Shown here: positions 11,339 to 22,900 of the stretch, piece by piece
Numbering within the stretch: the stretch's first letter is position 1
Layout: each line of letters starts with the position of its first letter
Assembly: GCA_010093995.1 (NCBI GenBank)
Contig: ML992502.1
Span: forward strand, 1,295,001 to 1,342,695
Direction of reading: 5' to 3'
DNA: 47,695 nt
Source: Elsinoe ampelina
Lineage: Eukaryota
Notes under the pieces: model-generated
Told to the model about the DNA's origin: nothing
Seen by the model: the letters and a program-made list of their open reading frames with translations, nothing else
Databases searched by the model: none
Position numbers and translations under genes: made by a program

Positions 11339-11533
11339 TGTGCTGACTACTGGGGGGGACGCGGCGGAGCTGCCTGGTAGTGACTGCTACGTCCTGGTAG
11401 TAAAAGTCACGGCACACTTGATGCTTGTCTGAACTTCACAATTCCCCATTTTTCACACTTCACACTTCACAACCTCAACTCCCAATTCGCACATTGCAAC
11501 ACTTCTGTCATCGAAGAAGCCTCTCAATCCATC

Positions 11534-12859
11534 ATGGCATCGGCATCCAAAAAGAAGAAGAAATTGTCAGCACTGTATCCATGGCTGAAACCTGTTCCGG
11601 TCCTCGATCTCGGCTGTGGAACGAGTTTCCTGAATCTCCCAGTCGAGATACGGTTCATGATATACGACCTGATTAACGACAAGCTGCATCAGTCTGTCAC
11701 ACATCCTCTATCATCGTGGAGACCATCGCCGCTGCTGTTGGCACACCCAACGATCGCCCACGAGCTCCTCTCACAGTTCAATAAGCGTGTTTTTCACATG
11801 AGCGAGCAGCACCTGCAGCCGGTGGATTTCCGCGCCGGATTGACACACATGGATAATCATGCCTTCAGTAAGGCTTCACTCGAGCTTCTGGAGGCCCGCT
11901 GGATGCCGCAGCTCAAGCAAGTTCGTTTCACCGCGCCAGGCCTTTGCACCTTAATCTTTCGTGTCACTGGAATCGATGGCGGCAACCTACACATCACCGT
12001 TGGCAAAGTTAGTGAGCCTTCTTCTGCCAGAGATGTCGCCAGGATGAACCGTTATGATCGCAAGGACTTCAAGTACGCTACCATGCGCATTGCCTTCAGG
12101 GAGAAGCTGCACAAGCAGCTGCAGACCTCCATCACAAAGCGTGGAGGCTACGGTCTGACCATCACGGAACTACGCATGATTCTAGTCGCCGCCAAAGACT
12201 TCCACGACCTGATCGAAGAGAAAGACAAGGTCGTCATAGAAGCGGAAGCAAGTGAGGAGACCTCGGCTGACCTCATGGCGACTTGGATGGCAAGTAGTCA
12301 AGGCTCTGCCACCTCATCTGGATCCCAACAGGCTACCGCCTCAGTCAACTCCGCAGCAACTCTGTCTAACGCCCCATCGGTCCCCTCGCATCCGCCCGTC
12401 AACTTCCATCTGAGACGCAATAACAACCCAATGACTATCCAACAAGCACTACAAGCATCCGGAATCAGTTCTGCCATCCCAATCATGCGACAACAAGTTC
12501 ACCAGAACCTCTCGCGCAATCCACCAGCTCAAAGTGCAACATATGTTCCCCCGCAACTGCGCAATGGAATCAACCAAGGCCTCGCCCAGGCGCCAACTTC
12601 CGCCCCTCTCTCATCGCATAGTCAACAGCTTGCTTACCAGCTCAATCTCCTGCGGGCTCAGCGCCAAATGGTGGCTCTGAACGCTCAACTCGCAGCGAGG
12701 AACAATTCTGCGACCAGCAACTCGAACGCGAATCAGCCGCAGTCCACGACAGCACAAGTCACTCCGCAGCAGGCACAACAGTCCGGTGGCTCGGCGAAGA
12801 AGAAGGCTCATGTGGTGGACCTGACGAACGACGATGTAATTGTCATCGATGATGATTAG
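11534..12859 (+). CDS. Hypothetical nuclear protein: NLS, F-box-like motif, Q/N/S-rich low-complexity tail, C-terminal tandem SIM-like motifs
   Basis: 441 aa ORF: KKKKK at the N-terminus, SFLNLPVEIRFMIYDLI, and the C-terminus KKKAHVVDLTNDDVIVIDDD*. Confidence 0.78.
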   Translation: MASASKKKKKLSALYPWLKPVPVLDLGCGTSFLNLPVEIRFMIYDLINDKLHQSVTHPLSSWRPSPLLLAHPTIAHELLSQFNKRVFHMSEQHLQPVDFRAGLTHMDNHAFSKASLELLEARWMPQLKQVRFTAPGLCTLIFRVTGIDGGNLHITVGKVSEPSSARDVARMNRYDRKDFKYATMRIAFREKLHKQLQTSITKRGGYGLTITELRMILVAAKDFHDLIEEKDKVVIEAEASEETSADLMATWMASSQGSATSSGSQQATASVNSAATLSNAPSVPSHPPVNFHLRRNNNPMTIQQALQASGISSAIPIMRQQVHQNLSRNPPAQSATYVPPQLRNGINQGLAQAPTSAPLSSHSQQLAYQLNLLRAQRQMVALNAQLAARNNSATSNSNANQPQSTTAQVTPQQAQQSGGSAKKKAHVVDLTNDDVIVIDDD

Positions 12860-13219
12860 ACCAGCAAGAAGAAACCGATGTGGAGGACGAGAGCTGATGG
12901 GATGAGACCAGTCCCAAGGGAGCAACGACAGACAGTATAATACTTTGCATATTTTAGCGACGGCCGGATGATTACATCAAAAATGGCCAGCACGACTGTC
13001 ACGAATGGAACGGTCAATGCGGTAGATATTAGATCGTTAGCAGCGTCTTGAATTGCAGAAGCCAATTCAGCACATCAGCTCTCTCGTGACACACATGATC
13101 ATTCACGCTGAACTATTAGTTTCAGTACCGGAAAAATAGTCTATCGTTGAGCACATTCTCGTTGTATTTCATTCCTCATATCTCCCGTTTCCCTATCCCT
13201 GTCCTCATTCCTCCGTCCC

Positions 13220-14748
13220 CTACACAGTCTTCTCCTTCATCTCAATCCCGTACTTCTCCTTCAACTCCTCCCTCAGTCCCTCCGCCACCCTCGGATCCAT
13301 CGGCGCCAAAACCCCCTTGTCCGTGATCTTCCCCTCCAAAACCTGCCTCACCGCCACCGCGCACGGCACACCCACCAACTTGGCCATGGCGCTGTACCCC
13401 TTTGGATCACCGTACTCGCAGAGCGTGCTGGTGCGCGTCTCCTTTGCGCCGTTGGCGTGCTCGATGCCGAATTTGTGCTGGAGCATGACAAAGTCGCGCT
13501 CGCCTTGTTCGTATTGCATCTTCTTCTCGAGCGTGGCGCAGAGGGTGTCGAGGGGGTTGTTGCGGGGTTCGATCTTGTCGTCGCTGAAGAGGCCGAGCCA
13601 TTTGAGGCCCGTGGTGATGCGGGATTGTTCTTCTGGGGAGGAGAATTTGGTCTTGGAGGAGATGTGAGTGTGGAGGTCGCTGGGAGCGTGTTAGTGGAGG
13701 AAGATCGAGCGGACTAATGGGACTTGCCTTTCTGTGCTGGAGGTGCTGCCGATGATCTTGGCGGTGGCTTCTTTCCAGGAGAGGGTGGGTGCGCCGGGGA
13801 TGGTCTTGAGGAATGGCTGCTCCTCTTCGGAGAGGAATCCGAGGTCGACTAAGGTGCGGACGAATTCGGGGAAGCCTTGGTAGCGGAGAGTACCACGGAT
13901 GATTGTGTCGGCTTCGGGAATGAGGTAGCGACCCTTGTAAGGTGTAGAGTCTCTGTTGGGGTAGGCGACAAAGGCATAACCAGGGTAGATGAAGTAAGGC
14001 TTTGCAGTACCCATGAGCTCTGGTCCTGCCACCTCCTTGATCTTACCGTCCTCGTAGTACTTGGCTGAGTTGCGGAGGGCGAGAAGGACACCTCGGCTGC
14101 TCCAAGAGAACTTGTATCCAAGCGGGTTGTCTGACGCCTCTGGTGCTGGGAGACCACCGCAGTAGCTGAGGAAGCTTGTGATCTTGCCGCCGGCCTTGTG
14201 GACCTCATCGATAGTCTTGACAGCGTACAAGTGATCGATACCGGGATCGAGACCAATCTCGTTAAAGACAGTAATGCCAGCGTCCTTGGCGGCCTGGTCC
14301 AGCTCCATCATGGCAGGAGAGACGTATGATGTGGTGACTACATGCTTCTTCTGTGCGATGGCTGCCTTGATGACGGTGGCGTGATAAGTGTATGGAATCA
14401 AGGAGATGACCAAGTCATTCTTGCCGACCTCCTTCTCCAATGCAGCCGTGTCGTTGACATCGAGGGAGATGGGTGTGCAGCGGCTGAGGCCTTCGGAGAG
14501 CTTCTTCGCCGAGTCAAGGGTCCTGCAGGCTGTTTCGTGGTCAGCAGGATCATTCCTGCATTGCTAGGTACACTATACTCACCAACAGTGACAGCGATGC
14601 CTGCATTGTCGAGCTCTTGAGCGGTAGGCCTGGTAACGAAGCCAGCTCCAAGCAGGAGGACCTTGCTGGTAACAGGTTAGTGTAGGCAGCTCCAATGGCA
14701 TATTGAGACTTACTGAGAACCAGTCACAGCAGAGATGATATTGTCCAT
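13220..14748 (-). CDS. LYS9: Saccharopine dehydrogenase (NADP+, L-glutamate-forming; saccharopine reductase)
   Basis: Four exons from ATG 14748; last intron 13727-13680 is GC-AG. Motifs KVLLLGAGFVTRPT, VTVACRT, VTTSYVS, NEIGLDPGIDH, SYCGGLPAPE, GTLRYQGF, SAMAKLVGVPCAVA. Confidence 0.95.
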
Positions 14749-15235
14749 GATTGTTTGAGATGAGTAGAAGATCACTGAGCTAATTCACTGGATCTTAAGT
14801 ATGAGTTGGAAACATCCCACCTTCTCCAGAAATTTTAGCAGTGAGTGATGCAACTCCGATTGCGGGGCAGCCAAGGGTCCCCAAAGAGGCCACCGCACGG
14901 CACATTATGCCTTGTGAGATCCGATGCAAGCCGCATCACGGAGTTCGTTGCGATATTGGACATGTGTAGTATTCTTTTTTACTTTGTGGGCTGATATGTA
15001 CACCAAGTCGCCTCGTGCCCCAATCTACAAGATCTTCAAGTCAGTCCGACTGTTCGTCCCTGTGCCTATGTTTCCCTAGCCAACGCCCAATCCCCGACTG
15101 CCCTCGGCTGCCTATTATATCATAAATCATGTACGCGAAGACCATCTGAAGGTCTTCTCTTCGTCCTCCCTTCAGGAATCCCCGGGGTCGGCAGCCTTAT
15201 CACTGGGCCTTCCCTTCACAGTCCGTAATGCTGTC

Positions 15236-18200
15236 TCACGCGACTCCGAAAGCTGCCCTCGTCGGCGTCCTACCATCCAGACCTTCGTCCCTGATGCCTA
15301 GTCCATGTATCTCCAGTCCCTCTCCATCTTCTTCGTCCTCTTCGTCCACCTTCCCCCACAGCACGCTTGAGTTACTTGTCGGACTGACTGGAGTGCTCGT
15401 ATTGCTCGGGTAGTTGCCTAGCGCGACACTCAGCGCTGCAGCAGCGGCCACTGTTGGAGATGTGCTACTTCCGTTCGCGCCCATACCAAGACCTTCAATC
15501 CGTGAAGCTTGTGCGATTAATTCATCCATACTGAGGGTTGTCCGAGTGATACCCTCCCCAGTGGTGCTGCTTGTGCGGCTTCGGCTATCTATGCTGCTGC
15601 TAGAAATGCTGCCATACCTATCTGCTTCCGCACCTCCCGTAGATGATGCGGAGTCAAAATCCATTTTCCGCTCGGCGGTCGGGGTCTGCTCCATCTTGAC
15701 TCTTTCCAGTACCTGACCAAGACTGCCCACACTGTCGGGGCGCTCGAAGTTCTCCTCTTGGATCTCCATTGGGACGTCGATGCCTTGTAGTAGCGCCCAA
15801 TTGCGTTGCAGATACTGCTGCAGGCGGTATTGTTGGCGATCCCAACTTTCAGCCACTAGACGGAGAGCAGCGAGGATGTCTTGTTCTGATAGCTGCGGTA
15901 GAGGAGCTGAGCCTGGTAAAGAAGAGTTCGCAAGACGAGACTTTGGTGTCGCTGTTGAGAGGGGCGAGGATGTAGCACGATTGCCAACATGGGTAGAGGA
16001 AGACAGCGATGGGAAGGACGGCGATGCCGAGGAGGAGCGCACTTGACGCTTCACTGAAGCAATGCCTTTGCGCATGTTCAAGCCCGTGGCCTTTGTCAAC
16101 GGCGATGCGGGCGTGGGAGCCATGGCTGCCTCATCGCGAATCTGTTTCACTTGTCGTTCTGTTTGCTTGAGCGCCAAAGTACGGGATTCGTCCATCATGG
16201 GAAGGAAGACGAGAGTTGTGTTCTTGTGCAGAGCATTGACGAGATCCGTGAAAGCAGAGAGGGGAATGTCGTTATTGGAGCAGTGGACCTCGCGTAAAGT
16301 GGTGTTCTCCTTGAGGACATCGGCAAGTATGGACGCACCAGGCAATCCCAGCTTTTGATACTGAACGTGGAGAACGCGAAGCTTGGTGTTGTGCTTCAAC
16401 CCAGCAAGTGCTCGATTCAAGCCAGCTCCGAACTTGGATGTCTCGAGGCGAGAATCCTCGCCGGAGATATCAATTTCTTCCAGAGTGTCATTCTCAGCGA
16501 ATAACCTCTCCAACGCTAAGCTTGTCTCATCGCTCGCGTCACTGGGCAACGATGCACGAGAAATGTCGAGGTAGCGTGTGCTGTGATTTTGACGGAAAGC
16601 TGAGATCAAATGACGGAGGACAGTCTCGTCACGATATTCCATCGCACGTAAGGTGACATGCGTTGGCGAGTGACAGTCGATGAAAGCCTTGCAGAGTTTG
16701 TCGTGGTCGCGATAGATATTATTGTGACTAATGTCAAGATGCAAGTTCCTTGCTTCGCCGTCGCGGGTATCCATGGCGTCCATGAGGCTCGCAATGTCCT
16801 TGCCAGTGAGATACGCACGATCTATGATGAGCTCACGGAGTGTGCTTGATCTGTGGCTTCGAAGATAGGTTGCCAAAGCTTCCACGGTCCGCTCGTTGAT
16901 CTGGACCCCACTTAGTTTGAGCACTTCCAGGCGCCACGTCAGCAGAGTGTCTGCCGTGAGCAGCGGTTCTGGTCCAGAAGTGCGTGGTAGATTTGAGAGG
17001 TCCAATTTCCGGATAAAGCCGAACACGCTGATCTGTCCGTCAAAGACGACAGGACTTAGTCTCGCTTGATTGCCAGAAAGATCCAATGCTTCCAGCGTGT
17101 TGTCGTGAGCACGCAGGGCATCCAAGACCAGTCCAAGCGTCCGGTCATTCAGTCCGCACCTGCTGAGCTCAAGCGCTCTGAAGTGACAATTTCGGTCCAC
17201 AGCCGCTGCAACTAAATAATCCAGATCCGTGTCACTGAGCGTGATACCATTCAAAGTGATCCAATCAATGTTTGTAGTCTGATGTCTACAGAGCGGGAAA
17301 AGAGCTTCGACGATACCGCAACCGGGATCGTGATTCCGTACACCATCATCGTCCACAGGCTCAGGTGGCTGAATACGAATGCACCTTGAGAAATCCATGC
17401 GTCGAAGGCGCTTACTCGTAGCTGCGAGCGCTCGAACTTCCTGGATGAGCAATGAAGCTCGCGTCAATTCTTGTTGCGTCAACTTCAAAGGCGTGCCTCT
17501 CTTTGTCCGTACGCATACGTATTCAGAACCGTGCTCGTCGTACAGACCGTGCAGAGAGTCGAGGTTGATATCTGCAAAAGAGATGGAGCCAAAAGACTCA
17601 TTGTAGCGTAATGCTCTAAACACGGCCAGCAGCTCATTCGGATGGTAGTCGCGCCGCCTAGACTCTGACATTGGGAGAAGCTCGAACCGCGGTGCATCCT
17701 CGCATTCGTAGTTGATCGTGTATCGAATCTTTGCAGGATTCACGTCGTAAGCAATGCAGTAAGCGGTCAATGTTCTTTCAAGACACGAATGCTCTTCCTC
17801 AGTTGGATCGACAGGGTGTGTTGCCTTCTCCTCAACCTCTGGTGGTACACTGAATTTGTATAGCCAGTGTGCACATTCTGGTCGGAGGTGATGTTCAAGC
17901 TCGTGTATGCGAAGAGCAATAGCGTGGGATGCAACGGATGCAAGATAGAGAGTCTTGGGTCGTTTCAATGGCTGGCGGAAGGTAAGCTCGATAGAATCGT
18001 CCTTCGAGCTGACTTTGATCGTGCTCGCCGTCAGAATGCCCCACGAGCCGCTTGCACTTTGATTGAGCGCAGGCGATGACGTCCGACTTGAGCTTTTTGG
18101 CATAGGTATCAGATGCACTTTGTGGATCCCAACCGCTAAGAAGCACACCACCGAAGCTATCTTGGACAAGTCGTCTGTTGAGGACCGTCCTCCAGCTTTC

Positions 18201-19147
18201 GGTGATTGTCTCTGCACGACTTTGAAGATCTGGAATTGTGTCGGATCATAATCCCCCTCGCGCTCCACTGTTCGTGCGGCATAATTAGCATTGTAGTGGC
18301 TGATCGGTCTGTAATCGAGGAGGCGCATTGTACTCGAGGCGGATCGAATGAAACGCAACCATGTATCCCGCTCTTCTGGGTGGTTGAACTGCATTGTCAT
18401 GGCTGAGGCCTGATTGCTCTCCTCATCCATGTAGCACACTTCAAGTGCAAAGTATGGTCGCCCATCCTCATGCGCATGGACCGCCACGACCTGCCGAAGA
18501 GGTATCCGACCCTCCTTGTCCCCCGACGAGTCCGAGCCGAACGATTGCGCATCGTGCGTTGATCCGATTGATTGCGACGAGCTGTGCCGAATCGTAGGGC
18601 TCCGACCAAATGGTGGAGGTATGTTGTGAAAGGTTTCGGCAGCTTTTGAGTGACTCTTGCAGCGTACAATGTGGGTGTCGGTCAAAACGAGGTACTCCTT
18701 CTTCTTTCTGAACATGCTGCCACTCGTTTGTACCTCTCCATGGTGGAGGACATTCTTTGCCAGTCCGTTGGACATATCCAACTCGTTCACGTGAAAAGTA
18801 TGCGATTTGGTGGGCTGAAGTGTTGCTGGCTCATCGTCGCCGTGTGAACGCATGGATTTGAGGGACCCAAAGACGGAAGCTGGACGATGCATGTTGGACC
18901 GCAGGCTGATGGACGGCCGCCTACTGGCTTTTTGAGGAGAGGAGTGTGCTGAGGGAAGATTTGGGCTGCTTGCATGGTCGCGGGCGAGGTCTGGAGGCAG
19001 TTGTATATCGGATGCCGAAGGATTTCTCTTCTTTCTAAGCTTGTGGTGGCTCTCGCTATCTTCGGTAGGATTGATCTGTGTGAGTGAGGACAAGGCGAAT
19101 AGACTCCGCCGCTTCGTCTTGGACCCATCTCGAGAGGTGTGAGGCAT
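15236..19147 (-). CDS. Large PH-domain plus RNI-like leucine-rich-repeat protein
   Basis: Intronless 1303 aa ORF. PH-like segment (VLHHGEVQTSGSMFRKKKEYLVLTDTHIVR...EERDTWLRFIR), then LRR units (LEALDLSGN, IRKLDLSNL, LEVLKLSG, LEEIDISG, LREVHCSNN). Confidence 0.85.
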   Translation of the reverse strand: MPHTSRDGSKTKRRSLFALSSLTQINPTEDSESHHKLRKKRNPSASDIQLPPDLARDHASSPNLPSAHSSPQKASRRPSISLRSNMHRPASVFGSLKSMRSHGDDEPATLQPTKSHTFHVNELDMSNGLAKNVLHHGEVQTSGSMFRKKKEYLVLTDTHIVRCKSHSKAAETFHNIPPPFGRSPTIRHSSSQSIGSTHDAQSFGSDSSGDKEGRIPLRQVVAVHAHEDGRPYFALEVCYMDEESNQASAMTMQFNHPEERDTWLRFIRSASSTMRLLDYRPISHYNANYAARTVEREGDYDPTQFQIFKVVQRQSPKAGGRSSTDDLSKIASVVCFLAVGIHKVHLIPMPKSSSRTSSPALNQSASGSWGILTASTIKVSSKDDSIELTFRQPLKRPKTLYLASVASHAIALRIHELEHHLRPECAHWLYKFSVPPEVEEKATHPVDPTEEEHSCLERTLTAYCIAYDVNPAKIRYTINYECEDAPRFELLPMSESRRRDYHPNELLAVFRALRYNESFGSISFADINLDSLHGLYDEHGSEYVCVRTKRGTPLKLTQQELTRASLLIQEVRALAATSKRLRRMDFSRCIRIQPPEPVDDDGVRNHDPGCGIVEALFPLCRHQTTNIDWITLNGITLSDTDLDYLVAAAVDRNCHFRALELSRCGLNDRTLGLVLDALRAHDNTLEALDLSGNQARLSPVVFDGQISVFGFIRKLDLSNLPRTSGPEPLLTADTLLTWRLEVLKLSGVQINERTVEALATYLRSHRSSTLRELIIDRAYLTGKDIASLMDAMDTRDGEARNLHLDISHNNIYRDHDKLCKAFIDCHSPTHVTLRAMEYRDETVLRHLISAFRQNHSTRYLDISRASLPSDASDETSLALERLFAENDTLEEIDISGEDSRLETSKFGAGLNRALAGLKHNTKLRVLHVQYQKLGLPGASILADVLKENTTLREVHCSNNDIPLSAFTDLVNALHKNTTLVFLPMMDESRTLALKQTERQVKQIRDEAAMAPTPASPLTKATGLNMRKGIASVKRQVRSSSASPSFPSLSSSTHVGNRATSSPLSTATPKSRLANSSLPGSAPLPQLSEQDILAALRLVAESWDRQQYRLQQYLQRNWALLQGIDVPMEIQEENFERPDSVGSLGQVLERVKMEQTPTAERKMDFDSASSTGGAEADRYGSISSSSIDSRSRTSSTTGEGITRTTLSMDELIAQASRIEGLGMGANGSSTSPTVAAAAALSVALGNYPSNTSTPVSPTSNSSVLWGKVDEEDEEDGEGLEIHGLGIRDEGLDGRTPTRAAFGVA

Positions 19148-19998
19148 TATCGGCGGTCAATTGGGTGAGATGCTCTTGGAGGTCGAATTGGAATTATTGG
19201 AGCTGTGCCTGGCCAGCAGGATGACAGGAGCGCAAGGCGCAAGAGCCAGACATTTACACCAGGTCGTACCGCAGAATTGACCAGGGTAGAATCATGTTGA
19301 GTAGGCCATGAACGGGTTCCTGGTTGAAGTCGTCTGGCAGTAGTGGGGCGGTACCGTGGTTTGGACTGCGTGTCACCGAGCTCTGAATGAAAGGTGGAGG
19401 TGCTTAGGAGTGGTTTGGAGATGCCTGACAGGTCAAGATGAGAGTGAGACAGAGGCTGGCAAAGTGAGACCTGGATCGATTGAGCATTCCCAAGCACATG
19501 TGAACGGCGTGTCGAGATGCAGTAAATGCGCGGCGCTGCAGGACAACACAGACCACAACGATCTAGATGTTGCACATGCCGAGTGCAGCATAGACTCCTT
19601 GGACAAGCCTTTCTGAGGAGCAGCAGGCAGGCCGATTTGGTCAAAGTCGCGCGGGTATGATCTCGATCCTGCTCCGAGAGCAACGCTGGTATGGTGCAGG
19701 TTTGGCCAGGTGTGGAGCGTGTGGAACGACTTTCCCACGCTCAGACGGATCCTATTCGCTCGGCGATCTCGGCAGCAAGATACGGCGTCATCGTCGAGTC
19801 GCATCGTTATTAAAACCGACATGGACGCTTGGACCTTCTCCGGATCGGCGAATGAACAACGACGGCGCCGGGAGCTGCCGAGTCGACATCATGCCCCAAA
19901 TTTTTCTGGTACTGTAGAGCTTCACGTGCTGGCTTCCGTTGTGGAGAAAAAGTTTGGCATCTGCTCGAGACTACACATCTCTGCAGGTCAAGTACCCG

Positions 19999-22900
19999 AT
20001 GATATCGCCGCAAGCATGCAGGTATCTGGATCCGGCATCGCGGATACGCTTGCAGTATTCTGCATCCATTCTCTCTCGCCCAGCGCGACACTTTTCAGCT
20101 TCCGCCACAAACAGCGTGAGGATCGGTAGCACTCATCGTGTAGGGGCCAACAGGTTCAGGACAACATCGCACAGCGGTCTTGATGTACCTTTCGTCACAC
20201 TTCCGCGCACTGAATACCTACTGGCTCCTCGAAGACATGTCCACGAGGGACTGCGGAAGCGATTGGCTGGGATCGATAGCAACAAAGATGCTCCCCCCAG
20301 CGACTCCAATGTTGGGGAAGCGCTCGAAACACCTGTAGAGAAGAGCTTGGACGGCGAACTCAGATCCAAGACCACCGAGAATGAGGCTGCTGCATCTCTG
20401 GATACTGCAAGCGTAGATCCTAAACCATCTTCCATTTCCGGGGAACCGGCCAGGATAGATCAAGAGTATGGCAGGGAAGCTGCAAACGTGTCGAATCCGC
20501 CTGCAAATCAGGATGTCAAGGACTTGATCAGCCGCTTGATATCTTCATCGTCACGGCGACGTTCCACGCCTCCTCCACGACCTACTGAAATGTCGACGCA
20601 AGCAGACGTGAAAGGGAAGGAAGAATTGGCATCGTCAAGAGAAACACAGACAAATACTTTGGCATCACTTTTGCAACACTTTAGCACAAGCACGGGAGTC
20701 TCGTCGCCCTCCCTCGCAGAAGCAGATGGTTTCGGAGACAGTCCTATGTTTGAGGAGGGTGTTACTGCTAACACCGCAATATATGCTTCTCGACAGCCCG
20801 ATGGAGAGCCCGAGTCTCATGCGGTCGAGACACTGACAAAAAATCGGCGTCGAAATATCAAAGACTATGCCCGGCGAAAGAGACGTAACGCTCGACTTCA
20901 TGCTCTACGGGAGTCACAGGGCTCTTTGGAAGCTCTACACGATATTCTTGCGCAAGGCCAGCACTCGGGGATCCTCGAGCAGAAGAACGTCCATGATATC
21001 AATGCCTCCTCGACAAGTAAGCAGGTCGGCAGCTGGATCAACGACTTCTTATCGACACTGCAGAAGGCTAGTCCAGGAGGGACTCCAAGCCAAGAAACAA
21101 TTTCCAATGCCGTGAATACTCAGATCTCCCAAGTTCAAGAAGTGGACAGCACTGCCGATCATGGTCAAAGTAACGAATCAGCAAATCACCAAACAGATCT
21201 TGATCTGCTCATCCGAAAATTTCCAAACCCTCCAAAGATGGAGGAGAACAGGACTGCTAGCAAGACAACCAAGCAGTCCGCGAAATCTCAGTCCAAGGAA
21301 AAAGACAAGCAGTCACCGTTACCAGTGCCTTCTCGGAAAGCCAGGCTGGCAGCCAAGGCGCTGGCCAAAGAAGACCGAAAAATCCGAAAAATCAAGGATC
21401 AAATCAAGCCTAGAAAAGTGGTTTCTCCAAAGGCTGAGAAGGTAGCAACCAAGAAAATCTCCGATGAGCATCAAAGGGAGGTCGCGGTTGACGCACAAAT
21501 GGCAGCTCCCACTAAGAAGCGCCAATCCTCAAAGGAAAAGGACCCTGATAGTGTATCAATCAAGCCTAACACACTAGAATTCGCGCCATTGCAGGTTGAG
21601 CAGCCGCCGACACCGAAACTTGCGCATAACCTCGACAGAGTACTGTTCAAGTGAGTTCACCCTGTCTTTCCCTGACGAGGCGTTACTAATACAGGTCAGT
21701 CGTGGTGTCTACAATCTACAGGATAGATACTCGGGCGTGTACAATTTTGATCCCTATCTGGAGAAGATCATGCCGGTCGCTGATTTCGATTTCAATGCCC
21801 TACGGACCTACAAGACATCCTCCGAGGATACAACTTTGGCTGATATCGCAAGATCGAACGGTCTGAGCTATGTTGGATCAACCAGCAGCATGACATCAAT
21901 GCTATCTCACTTTCATTACCTGATATCCCATTGGCGCGAGCTCAATATCGATTCTCTATCCAGAGGCTTCAAAATTTCCGATTCAGTCAACAGCAGGAAC
22001 TTCACCGAAATTTATAAGGCGCCTACTGCAATCTTCCTACGGTGGAAGGACGGTACCTACGCCATTGATGCAGACAAGGAGTTTACCACTCCAAACGTGC
22101 TGATGGCATTGGGCCAAAGTCTGGAGAAGCTTCTCACGCAGTCGCCCTCTGACTTTGAGCGTTTTCGAAAGAGCGACCCGCGAGAAGTGCCCGAATCAGA
22201 ACGTCAAGCACCAGAATCTTACCACTATTCCAAGCAAGGCAACATTCTCATGCGATCACAGCTGGACGCACAGGACTCCCGATTACCTGGAACTGGTGTC
22301 TTTGACGTCAAGACTCGCGCCGTCTTGCCAATCCGTATGTCATCTCGAGACCACGAAGGTATGACTGGCTATCAGATTCTCTCCGAGCATGGCCTGTACG
22401 AAAGCTACGAACGCGAGTTCTACGACATGTTCCGATCTACATTTTTGAAATATTCTCTGCAAGTCCGCATGGGCCGCATGGAAGGTATCTTCATTGCGTA
22501 TCACAATGTGGAAGAAATTTTTGGTTTCCAATTCATGAATCTAAGCGACATGGATAGTGTATTGCATGGGCAGACCGACACCTGCCTCGGCGATCAGGAA
22601 TTCAAGGCGTCCTTGGAGATCGTCAACAAGATTCTGGACCAGGCTACCAACGAGTTCCCGGAAAAGTCGATTCGTTTGCATTTCGATACCCGATCTGGCG
22701 TTGTCCCGATCATGTACATATTCGCCGAACCTATGGAGGAGCATGAGATTGAGGCGATACAGAAGTCTTCAAATGAAGCAATTTCCGACTTTGAGCGGTC
22801 TCTCAAAGGTGACAACACCTCTGAATCCACTACAGACATATCAGAGAGCGAATCCTCAGAGAACGCCTCCGAGGTTGCCGCCCCCTCTACCTCTACATCC

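Noticed and set aside
14964..14973. GTGTAGTA resembling the U2 snRNA branch-pairing sequence
   Set aside because: Flanks do not match U2; no tRNA, rRNA or snRNA was recognised anywhere in the window.
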